Positions 56,382-64,000 of a stretch of DNA of 64,000 nucleotides are shown piece after piece. Made by a program: the position numbers and the translations under genes. The stretch is from a virus. Taxonomy: Duplodnaviria; Heunggongvirae; Uroviricota; Caudoviricetes. The notes beneath the pieces are model-generated. The model did no database searches. It saw only the letters and a program-made list of their open reading frames with translations, and was not told the DNA's origin. The stretch's first letter is position 1, and each line of letters starts with the position of its first letter. The stretch lies in the IMG/VR virus record IMGVR_UViG_3300025121_000033; one strand, given 5' to 3'.

Positions 56382-59300
56382 TTATGAGCCACAGAGAAAA
56401 TCTGCGCCTTCGCCGTTAGTATCTACGTCTAAGTAGACAGTCGCGCGGTTAGTTACAGATAATATCACAGCGTCACCAGCTGCTAATATCAGTTGTTTAT
56501 TAGTGGCAGCGTCTACAGAGCTATCGCCAACATATAAATTATTTGTGTTAGTAGATTTAGCACGAACATATACCCACTTAGTAACCAAGCTAGCGCCTAA
56601 TGCTTCACCAGTGCCTGAAGTCGCGACAGTTTTACTACCACCAGTCAAGGTGGCTGCGCTATCGTTGACATTAAGCTCGCCGGCTGTCGTCACAAGCGCA
56701 GTATCAGTGCCGTCAGTTAATTTAGTAAACGGAGCATTGCCAACAGCTTCACCGGCCGGAGCAACTTTACCAGAAGCGTCAACATTTTGGGTGGCGACAA
56801 CTATAGTCGCAGTCGTACGCGCAGTGTTGGCGGCTAAGATATTGGCGCGAGTGTCAGTCCCAGCGTCTTTTAATTCAACAGCGCCAATTTCTATGTCGCC
56901 AGTGCTTAAAGTTACTGACGAAGTTTGAAAAGTGGTGTCTTCCTTTTCTACTGATTTAAAAGCGATAAAAGAGAGATCAAGATTGTCAGCGTCTCCGTTG
57001 CTAATATATACTGATAAAGCCGCAGTTTCAGGAAAAGAAGTATTCAACTCCGCAACCTGAATATCGCTCACAAAGAATTTTACACGATCTTTATACCAGC
57101 TGATGCGATATTTTGTGGCGGTAGCTGTCCAAGCGGCCAACCACGTAACAGTATCATATTCAGTATTACCATCCTTATCGTAACCACGACAAATTAATTT
57201 GTCACCAGTGACTTGAAACAAAATGGCGTTTTGGTTTCCGTACGAAGCTGATTTTAAACCAAACTGTTTATTGGAAGCGGTCGTAACCGTCCCAGTGCCA
57301 GTTAAGCCGTTCATATAACCAGCGCCTGAAATATCAGTGCCAGCACCACCAGACACAGCAGACAGTACAGTTATAGAACTAACACCGCTAATTGTGTCAG
57401 AAGTTAACACGAAATGGTCTGTGCTCCAGACAACAGTATCGGCGTCTCCTGTTAACGCTACCACGGCGTCTTCGATCACTTGCGCTACGAAATCCATCTG
57501 ATCTGCCATCGCTCGGTTAGTTACTGTGCCACGCCCTGTTTCCGCGTCCATAAACGCTGTTCCTCCAGCGCCAGAGATATCAGTGCCGGCACCCGGTGCG
57601 GAGGTAACAGTCATTGCGCTGATTGAAGTTGTGTTAACAGACGAGACGATAAACTTATTTGTAGACCAGACAACAGTTTCGGTAGAAGAAGTCAATGCGC
57701 GGATAGCAGTCTGGATTTCTGAAGCAACATCAGTCATCGTCTTAGCTGTCGTGTGATTAGTCACAGTACCGTTGCCCGTGTCTGAATCCATAAACGCTGT
57801 GCCACCTGCACCAGAGATATCAGTACCAGCGCCTGTCGCAGAAGCAACAGTTATTGCGCTATCTACAGTCGTATTAACAGACGAAACTACAAAGTGGTTA
57901 GTTGACCAAACTACAGTTTCAGTAGAAGAGGTAGCAGCGCGGACCGCAGTTTGTATGGAAGACGCGACATCGGTCATCGTCTTAGTCGTAGTATGATTTG
58001 TGACAGTGCCATTACCAGTGTCTGAATCCATAAACGCTGTACCGCCTGCGCCAGAGATATCTGTGCCACCGCCAGTGGCGGAAGCAACAGTGATTGCGCT
58101 GTCTACAGTCGTGTTCACAGAAGAAACTATGAAATGGTCGGTAGACCAAGTTACAGTCTCTAATGCACTAGTAGCAGCTCTCAATGCTGTTTGTATAGTA
58201 GTTGCGACTTGAGACATCGTCATTAAAGACGCTTTATTAGTCACAGTTCCTCTACCGGTTTCAGAATCCAAGAACGCAGTCACACCAGCACCTGAGATAT
58301 CAGTACCAGCGGGAGCCGCGACAGCAGCTGTAACAGTAATCGCACTCGATGACGTAGTAAGAACAGACGAAATAACAAAGTGGTTAGTAGACCACACCAC
58401 AGTTTCTGTGGATGAAGTTACTGTACGTAATGCAGTCTGGATCTTCGTAGCGACATCAGACATTGTTAAGTTAGAAACTTTATTTGTTACCGTACCATGG
58501 CCAGTATCACAATCCATAAAATCAGTACCACCAGCGCCAGAAATATCAGTACCAGCGGGGGCCGCTACAGTCTCAGCTACCGTGATAGCGCTGGAAGATG
58601 TAGTGACCGAAGAAGTGATTACAAAATGATCAGTATCCCAAACAACCGTCTCAGTCAAGCTTGTGACAGCGCGCAAAGCAGCCTGGATAGTGGCGGCGAC
58701 GTCTGCCATTGTAGTATCACCAGTAAAGTCAATCGCAGTTACGGTTCTCGCGACACCGTTAATAGTAATTTTAAATTCTCCATCAGTAATCGCTGACCAA
58801 ATAGCAGGATTGCTAGTGGCCGCTCCGCCACCAGTCAAAAAGGCTGGTGTATAAGCTACCACATTAGAAAAGTCAATGCCAGTTACGTCGCGAGACACAC
58901 CATTAACAACTATATTAAATTCACCATCGGTAACGGCTTCCCAAGTCAATGGGTTACTTGTCGCTAAAGCGCCACCAGTCAAAAAGGCTGGTGTATAAGC
59001 CGCGACAGCAGAAAAATCTATACCAGACACAGTTCTGAGAGTCCCGTCCACTGTCATAGCGAAGCTGCCGTCAGTTACAGCCGCCCAAGTGTCAACGTTC
59101 GTAGTCGCACCAGCGCCACCAGTCAAATAAGCCGATGTGTATGGGAAAGCAGTTTTAAAGTTAATACCCGAAATTGTTCTGGCTGATCCGTCTATCGTCA
59201 TTGCGAAACTGCCATCAGTCACAGCGGCCCAAGTGTCGATAGCGGAAGTCGCAGAATTACCACCCGTTAAATACGCTGAGGTGTAAGGGAAAGCAGTTTT

Positions 59301-59774
59301 AAAGTTAATACCAGTAACAGCGCGGACCGTGCCATTAATTGTGATGCTAAAACCTCCACTTGTTACAGCAGCCCAAGTGTCAATTGCAGAAGTAGCGGAT
59401 GTGCCGCCAGTTAAATACGCAGGAGTATAAGTGCCACCAGAAAAATCCAAGCCTGTTACATCATAATCTGTACCGTCAATAGTAATAGCAAATTCACCAT
59501 CTGTAATTACATCCCAATCTGTAATCGTGGTAGTCCCAGCCGCGCCACAAGTTAGAACTGCGCCAGAGAGCGCCGGTACGTTTAGTTTAAATTCATATTC
59601 GCCATGTAAAAATTGCGGAACAGAATATGCCGTCGCAGAAGTAAAACGCAATACACTACCACTAATTGCGGGAGTACCAGTAGTCGCTTTTAAAAAGAAG
59701 CCATCTGTATAACCATGCAATGCTGGGTCATACATCAAATGATCAAAATTATTCGAAGTTCTAACGTCAGACAT
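56382..59774 (-). CDS. 1130-aa fibre/decoration protein built from two tandem repeat families (about 48-aa TAFPYTSAYLTGG... units and about 80-aa ...TVVWSTNHFV... units).
   Basis: Protein-level repeats seven and about six times. Matching DNA repeats with periods of about 144 nt and about 240 nt. Confidence 0.55.
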   Translation of the reverse strand: MSDVRTSNNFDHLMYDPALHGYTDGFFLKATTGTPAISGSVLRFTSATAYSVPQFLHGEYEFKLNVPALSGAVLTCGAAGTTTITDWDVITDGEFAITIDGTDYDVTGLDFSGGTYTPAYLTGGTSATSAIDTWAAVTSGGFSITINGTVRAVTGINFKTAFPYTSAYLTGGNSATSAIDTWAAVTDGSFAMTIDGSARTISGINFKTAFPYTSAYLTGGAGATTNVDTWAAVTDGSFAMTVDGTLRTVSGIDFSAVAAYTPAFLTGGALATSNPLTWEAVTDGEFNIVVNGVSRDVTGIDFSNVVAYTPAFLTGGGAATSNPAIWSAITDGEFKITINGVARTVTAIDFTGDTTMADVAATIQAALRAVTSLTETVVWDTDHFVITSSVTTSSSAITVAETVAAPAGTDISGAGGTDFMDCDTGHGTVTNKVSNLTMSDVATKIQTALRTVTSSTETVVWSTNHFVISSVLTTSSSAITVTAAVAAPAGTDISGAGVTAFLDSETGRGTVTNKASLMTMSQVATTIQTALRAATSALETVTWSTDHFIVSSVNTTVDSAITVASATGGGTDISGAGGTAFMDSDTGNGTVTNHTTTKTMTDVASSIQTAVRAATSSTETVVWSTNHFVVSSVNTTVDSAITVASATGAGTDISGAGGTAFMDSDTGNGTVTNHTTAKTMTDVASEIQTAIRALTSSTETVVWSTNKFIVSSVNTTSISAMTVTSAPGAGTDISGAGGTAFMDAETGRGTVTNRAMADQMDFVAQVIEDAVVALTGDADTVVWSTDHFVLTSDTISGVSSITVLSAVSGGAGTDISGAGYMNGLTGTGTVTTASNKQFGLKSASYGNQNAILFQVTGDKLICRGYDKDGNTEYDTVTWLAAWTATATKYRISWYKDRVKFFVSDIQVAELNTSFPETAALSVYISNGDADNLDLSFIAFKSVEKEDTTFQTSSVTLSTGDIEIGAVELKDAGTDTRANILAANTARTTATIVVATQNVDASGKVAPAGEAVGNAPFTKLTDGTDTALVTTAGELNVNDSAATLTGGSKTVATSGTGEALGASLVTKWVYVRAKSTNTNNLYVGDSSVDAATNKQLILAAGDAVILSVTNRATVYLDVDTNGEGADFLCGS
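57500..59700. repeat. Coding tandem repeats: about 240-nt period (57500-58700) and about 144-nt period (58700-59700).
   Basis: Recurring strings such as gtctgaatccataaacgctgt and gtcaaaaaggctggtgtataagc. Confidence 0.65.
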
Positions 59775-59844
59775 ATATTTTATAAATTAAATTAATTTTG
59801 TAATTCCGCTTCGCCTTAAAAATGAAGCGGAACAGAAAATCAAC

Positions 59845-60474
59845 TTATTCAGCTTCTTCCGATTTGGCGCCCTTTTTTCCTTTTACTTTAGTGCCTGTTT
59901 TTGTCATGTTACCCGAAGTGATAGTGAAACTGTCAGGTGGACTATTTGTAGTCGTACCAGTCATAGTCACAGGCGCATTAGAAATATTCACTTCATGCTC
60001 GGCTACTTCAGCAGATTTATTAGATTCAGCAGCCGCGTTCTTTAAACCGAGAATAATATCCGCGGTTAATTTTGGCACTAAATCTTTTAAAGCCGCTTCC
60101 GTCATTGACTTCGCCATTCCAGAAGCTAAATCGGTGATCGCTTTTTTCATTTCCGGGGTCATTGAGCTTACAGCAGTGGCGGGATTAACATTTTTACCAA
60201 CGTGGCCGTACTCAATGTTAACTACGTTATGCTCTGGCTCGATAGACCGGCGAACAAAAGGATCTTTGTTTCCCTCTTCCGCTGAAATATAATCGCGATT
60301 AAACCCAGGATGTGCCAGCATCAAATCGATTATCTTCTCGTCCACCACGCTGGCTACACCGTCTTCAAATTTGACGTACAATCCGTGTATCGCAGCTCTG
60401 CCGGAAAGTGGCTCAGCTTGAATACCTGGGGATAATACGACACGCAAATTAGAATTTTTTGATATAAACTTCAT
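59845..60474 (-). CDS. Hypothetical structural protein (209 aa).
   Basis: ORF flanked by hairpins. Confidence 0.45.
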   Translation of the reverse strand: MKFISKNSNLRVVLSPGIQAEPLSGRAAIHGLYVKFEDGVASVVDEKIIDLMLAHPGFNRDYISAEEGNKDPFVRRSIEPEHNVVNIEYGHVGKNVNPATAVSSMTPEMKKAITDLASGMAKSMTEAALKDLVPKLTADIILGLKNAAAESNKSAEVAEHEVNISNAPVTMTGTTTNSPPDSFTITSGNMTKTGTKVKGKKGAKSEEAE

Positions 60475-60494
60475 ATATAATAATTAATTTCCAA

Positions 60495-60516
60495 AGGGGG
60501 ATGGTCGCCCATCCCC
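60495..60516 (-). terminator. Hairpin gggggatgg-tcgc-ccatccccc between structural genes. A weak terminator or RNA-processing site.
   Basis: Perfect 9-bp GC stem. Only a short U-tract follows on the - strand. Confidence 0.35.
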
Positions 60517-60524
60517 CAGAAGAA

Positions 60525-61244
60525 TTACTCAATAAAACCAGCTAAACGTAAGTAGAAAGTGGTAGACGTTAAATCGTCATTATCAGGGATAAGAACGACT
60601 AAGTCATGGCCTTCTTTTGCGGTTAACATGTCTTTACCAGAGCGCCAGTTGATTGTGGTGGCAGAATTATCAACAGCAGCGATGCTAAAGACGGAAATTT
60701 CCTCTTTAGGGTAGCCGTTGTAATAAGACGTGTCATACACAGTGACAGTGGACGCGGTAGCGCCAGACAAGTTAAGCAAATACTTGATTTCACTCAAGTG
60801 TACGCGATGGTTGTCGCGATTTGGTCTTGTGAAACCGCGATCGTAAGTTATCCGATAAGCAGTATAATCAGCGGCAGAAGAATCTACCAACACATCCCAA
60901 ACGGTTTCGCCGTAGAATGTGCTAGAAGTAATCGCGCCATCGATAAACTGCGAAGCAGTATCTTTAGATCGAAGCGTATCAAGAACTTTCGCTTCAAAAA
61001 TACCATCGAGATTGATTTGGTCGACTAAAGCACCAACCGTGGTGTAAGTAGCGAAATCATACGCGTCAGTACCACCGTCTGATGTCACCATAGTGATATC
61101 ATTAGCTGTGGTGGTAGTTACCGAAGTAACTGAACCAGTACCGACATAGCGTAATCTGATAGCTACACTTTGGTCAGCGCCAACAATCGCCGCAACGCCT
61201 CTCTTTCTAAGTTCACGTTCCTGTAAGAAATCTAATGAACCCAT
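60525..61244 (-). CDS. Structural protein, paralogue B (239 aa), duplicated in tandem with 61360..62067.
   Basis: About 55% identical to the neighbour (MGSL...VAIRL.YVG.G.VTSVTTTTA...DGIFEAK.LDTL...TASQF..GAITSST). Confidence 0.55.
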   Translation of the reverse strand: MGSLDFLQERELRKRGVAAIVGADQSVAIRLRYVGTGSVTSVTTTTANDITMVTSDGGTDAYDFATYTTVGALVDQINLDGIFEAKVLDTLRSKDTASQFIDGAITSSTFYGETVWDVLVDSSAADYTAYRITYDRGFTRPNRDNHRVHLSEIKYLLNLSGATASTVTVYDTSYYNGYPKEEISVFSIAAVDNSATTINWRSGKDMLTAKEGHDLVVLIPDNDDLTSTTFYLRLAGFIE

Positions 61245-61359
61245 AATATTGTAGTTAATTTGTAACAGCCGTTCACCCGCGGCCTTGTCGGGATGGATAC
61301 ATGCTATCCACTAGAACATCTATTTTTTAAATCGGATGTCCCAACAGCGATTTTACGAA

Positions 61360-62067
61360 CTACTCTACTAAACCAGAGACGTATAGGTAGTTGGCAGCTG
61401 CGTCAGAGATAGAAGTGCCGTCAGATAAGTAGACGAGCAAATCATGCCCTTCGTCAGCAGTCAAATAACCGTTGCCACTAGCCCAGTTTTCGGTAGTCTT
61501 GGTAGCGCTGACAGAAGCCTGTTGGTAAACAAGCGTTTCAGTGCTGCCTTTCACGTCGTAGACTTTAACCAAGTTCGCACCAGCACCACCTAAGGTGATG
61601 TAGTAAACGAATTCTTTCAAATGCACTCTGCGGTTGCCCGAAGGAGTGTTGTTGAAACCACGATCAGAAGTCAAACGATAAGCAAAATATTTCGCAGCGC
61701 TGGTGTCTACCAACACGTCCCAGATGGTAACACCATCCAAAGTGCTGGAAGTAATCGCGCCGGTAACAAATTGCGAAGCGGTTGTTTCGGAAGGCAGGGT
61801 GTCCAAGATCTTCGCTTCAAAGATACCATCAGCGTTAATGGCCGCAGCCAAAGTCGCGACAGTAGTATAAGTAGCGAATGCGTAAGTATCAGTACCGCCG
61901 TCCGAAGTAATCATCACGATGTTAGTCGCGGTCGTAGTGGTCACGGAAGTGACTGTACCAGAACCGACATACTTCAATCTGATGGCTACCGGCAAATCGG
62001 TACCAACTTGGCCGACTGCGCCTTTGGCAGCAACCTGACGCATCTGCATTGATTCTAATGAACCCAT
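61360..62067 (-). CDS. Structural protein, paralogue A (235 aa). Head-decoration or tail-tube-like.
   Basis: Paralogous to 60525..61244 and sits next to the capsid gene. Confidence 0.55.
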   Translation of the reverse strand: MGSLESMQMRQVAAKGAVGQVGTDLPVAIRLKYVGSGTVTSVTTTTATNIVMITSDGGTDTYAFATYTTVATLAAAINADGIFEAKILDTLPSETTASQFVTGAITSSTLDGVTIWDVLVDTSAAKYFAYRLTSDRGFNNTPSGNRRVHLKEFVYYITLGGAGANLVKVYDVKGSTETLVYQQASVSATKTTENWASGNGYLTADEGHDLLVYLSDGTSISDAAANYLYVSGLVE

Positions 62068-62188
62068 AAAATTATAATTAATTTGTAACAGCCAATCACC
62101 CGTGGCTTTGTCGGAGCGGAACTGCTTCCGCGGAGGGGGCTTTATTTAGGCTCTCGCCCCCTCTTGTGAAGAGTTTAATTACTATTTA

Positions 62189-63457
62189 CTAGGCGGTTAC
62201 ACCTTTCAATAAAGCGTGTTTCGGCGCTTGCATTCTTTGCAAACCAACCTCAGACACGTATTGATCGATCTGACCGTCAACATCCGGGGCTTGTACGTTA
62301 GTCAACAGTCTGGTGTCGCGATTGTTCATGTAGCGATACTTGAGACAATCCATATCCAGCAAGAAAGCTGAACCAGCGTAATCTTGTACAAACAACGGGT
62401 TGTGAACCAAGTTCACAGTGCCGAAAGCAGTGACATATTCACCGATTTGCATGCCGTAGCTCTTTTCGAGCGGGCGCATGCGGATTTGACCGCGCGCGAA
62501 CTCGTTAATCGCTTGAAGCACTAAACCGCCGCAGAACAAAGTCTTGGTGCTGTTACCATAGGTAAAGCCTTCACGCAAGAAAGTGTTGAAATCAGGAGCG
62601 GTCAAAACACCGCCTTGATTCTGCACGTATGAATTACCACCTTCAATGAACTCTAAGACACCGCCGGTAGCACGACGAGGATGACCCATAGTGCCAGAAG
62701 TGTCAGATTTCTTTTCACCAAACCAAAATGCTCTTTCGATATCCAAGCCGTGTTGAGTACCCATCTTAGCGCGGAGATAAGGGAGATCCTTAGCACCGTA
62801 CAAGTTGGCCTCTTTTTCAGTGTTAGACACGGAAATCGTGGTCTTGAAAATCTGGCAATAGTTGGTTTCTTTCGCTGAGCGAGTAGTGTTTACATTACGA
62901 GCACCAGCGTTTTCTTCGTTCACATTGCCGACGATGAATAAGCCATCGCCATCAGCACCAGCGGCAGCGGCAGTCGTACCAAAGGCACGTCCACCAGAAG
63001 CAACGGTGATGGTAGTAGCAGAGGCAATAGTCGCTACTAACATGTTTTCACCGGTGCGCGCATTTTTAATTACGTCGCCGACAGTGAAAATGTAAGCTGA
63101 ACTTGAGCCAGCTCCAGTCACGGTGATCGTCACAGCGCCAGTTGAGTAAGTACCACTTACTTTGGCGTAACGACCGCCCATGTAATCTTCGAGCCATCCG
63201 AACTCAGGATTGCCCGCCGCGGCTTTCATGATACCAGACCCAGTCCAAGCTTTACCATCGTAGACTTTGCCGACATTTGTCAACAAAGCAACTAAGGGAT
63301 GCTTGTTAGGCTCCAACAACATGATTTTATCAGCCACGTCGAGAACTAGCCGTCCTTCAGCGCTAGATACCGCGGTAGTACGTGCGGCGTTGCCAGACGC
63401 TTGGGTGACTACGCCCTGATCGTGCGTAGGCTCTGTATAATACGGAAAGGTTGCCAT
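62189..63457 (-). CDS. Major capsid protein candidate (422 aa).
   Basis: Size, composition, the DIERAFWFGEK-type motif and its position after a scaffold-like gene. Confidence 0.5.
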   Translation of the reverse strand: MATFPYYTEPTHDQGVVTQASGNAARTTAVSSAEGRLVLDVADKIMLLEPNKHPLVALLTNVGKVYDGKAWTGSGIMKAAAGNPEFGWLEDYMGGRYAKVSGTYSTGAVTITVTGAGSSSAYIFTVGDVIKNARTGENMLVATIASATTITVASGGRAFGTTAAAAGADGDGLFIVGNVNEENAGARNVNTTRSAKETNYCQIFKTTISVSNTEKEANLYGAKDLPYLRAKMGTQHGLDIERAFWFGEKKSDTSGTMGHPRRATGGVLEFIEGGNSYVQNQGGVLTAPDFNTFLREGFTYGNSTKTLFCGGLVLQAINEFARGQIRMRPLEKSYGMQIGEYVTAFGTVNLVHNPLFVQDYAGSAFLLDMDCLKYRYMNNRDTRLLTNVQAPDVDGQIDQYVSEVGLQRMQAPKHALLKGVTA

Positions 63458-63522
63458 AGAATTATTATTAATTAATTTCTACAGCTCACTAATTTGTTTT
63501 CAGTTAAATTGCAAAGAACGGA

Positions 63523-63948
63523 TTATAACATGTTCGGATTGCTTCGAGGCGCAATCAGCTCGTCCACCGCATTTTGGCCGACTTGCATCGAACCACCCTG
63601 TGAAGAACCACCGCCTGCGTTCAAAGCCATCTCTTTTCGCAATTCCGCGACCGCCGCTGCATCGCCTTCAGTTAAAGCTTTTTCCAAAGCCTTGCCCTTC
63701 ACGGCGTAATAAGCGACTTCGATGTTAACTTGGTCCGGATTATCCGAAAGCCATTTGTTAACATCGTCAGCGTACTTCTCGAAATCTTTTGTATTCGCGA
63801 TAAAATGCGCTGTTTTATCTTCGAAATTGCGCAATTCTTCACGTTCATCGAACGTACGAGTCATTTCTTCTTTCATAGCAGCAGCCTTCTCTTCAACGAG
63901 TTTCGTGATGCTATCGATAGAAGTTGCGTCGTATTTTTTATCTCCCAT
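63523..63948 (-). CDS. Scaffolding-like coiled-coil protein (141 aa).
   Basis: Highly charged helical sequence immediately upstream of the capsid gene. Confidence 0.4.
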   Translation of the reverse strand: MGDKKYDATSIDSITKLVEEKAAAMKEEMTRTFDEREELRNFEDKTAHFIANTKDFEKYADDVNKWLSDNPDQVNIEVAYYAVKGKALEKALTEGDAAAVAELRKEMALNAGGGSSQGGSMQVGQNAVDELIAPRSNPNML

Positions 63949-64000
63949 ATCTTTTTTAACCTGATCGTGAGCTGCACTTACAATTGCCGCATCTTCGATT

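Noticed and set aside
62132-62163. Hairpin gagggggc...gccccctc after the capsid gene, considered as an intrinsic terminator.
   Set aside because: No U-tract follows on the - strand. More likely an RNA-stability or processing element, so it is not listed as a terminator.
63722-63964. 80-aa + strand ORF at the right edge.
   Set aside because: It is antisense to the scaffold-like - strand gene and has no start context.

Overview
This window reads as a contiguous piece of a tailed-phage (or prophage) genome with two convergent arms that meet at about 27.9 kb. The left arm (1-27912, nearly all + strand) is a tightly packed early/replication-recombination module. Its recognisable genes are a Ros/MucR-type zinc-finger regulator, an AP2-HNH endonuclease and a second HNH nuclease, a DEDDh 3'-5' exonuclease, a prohibitin/SPFH protein, a YopX protein, a peptide deformylase, a primase-DnaB-like helicase fusion, a 3D-domain protein, RecA, a RuvC-like resolvase, a Ro60/Rsr (TROVE+vWA) orthologue, an SbcD/SbcC nuclease pair, and many small Cys-rich or hypothetical proteins. 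The right arm (27917-64000, all - strand) is a single long structural/lysis operon. In transcription order it runs: scaffold-like protein, major capsid protein, two tandem paralogues, two highly repetitive fibre proteins, a GC-rich moron, a papain-like endolysin plus holin-like protein, tail proteins, a 2261-aa Gly-rich repetitive fibre, a 1217-aa protein with a peptidoglycan-binding domain, an M23 peptidase, and finally a 2050-aa giant protein. That giant protein carries a beta-prime-like RHPNT...FDTDGD motif, which resembles the catalytic loop of multisubunit RNA polymerases. Five copies of a near-identical promoter module were found: a perfect DnaA-box 9-mer TTATCCACA, 9-10 bp later TTGACA, a 17-bp spacer, then an extended -10 TGnTATAAT. 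Next to the Ro60 gene, a 396-nt non-coding region contains a permuted tRNA-like module whose acceptor stem is closed by a UUCG loop. This is consistent with a Y-RNA (YrlA-like) partner. Genes start from AT-rich TAATTTTATG-like junctions with no Shine-Dalgarno sequence, except inside the GC-rich moron. All protein calls rest on motif recognition by eye; no database search was run.
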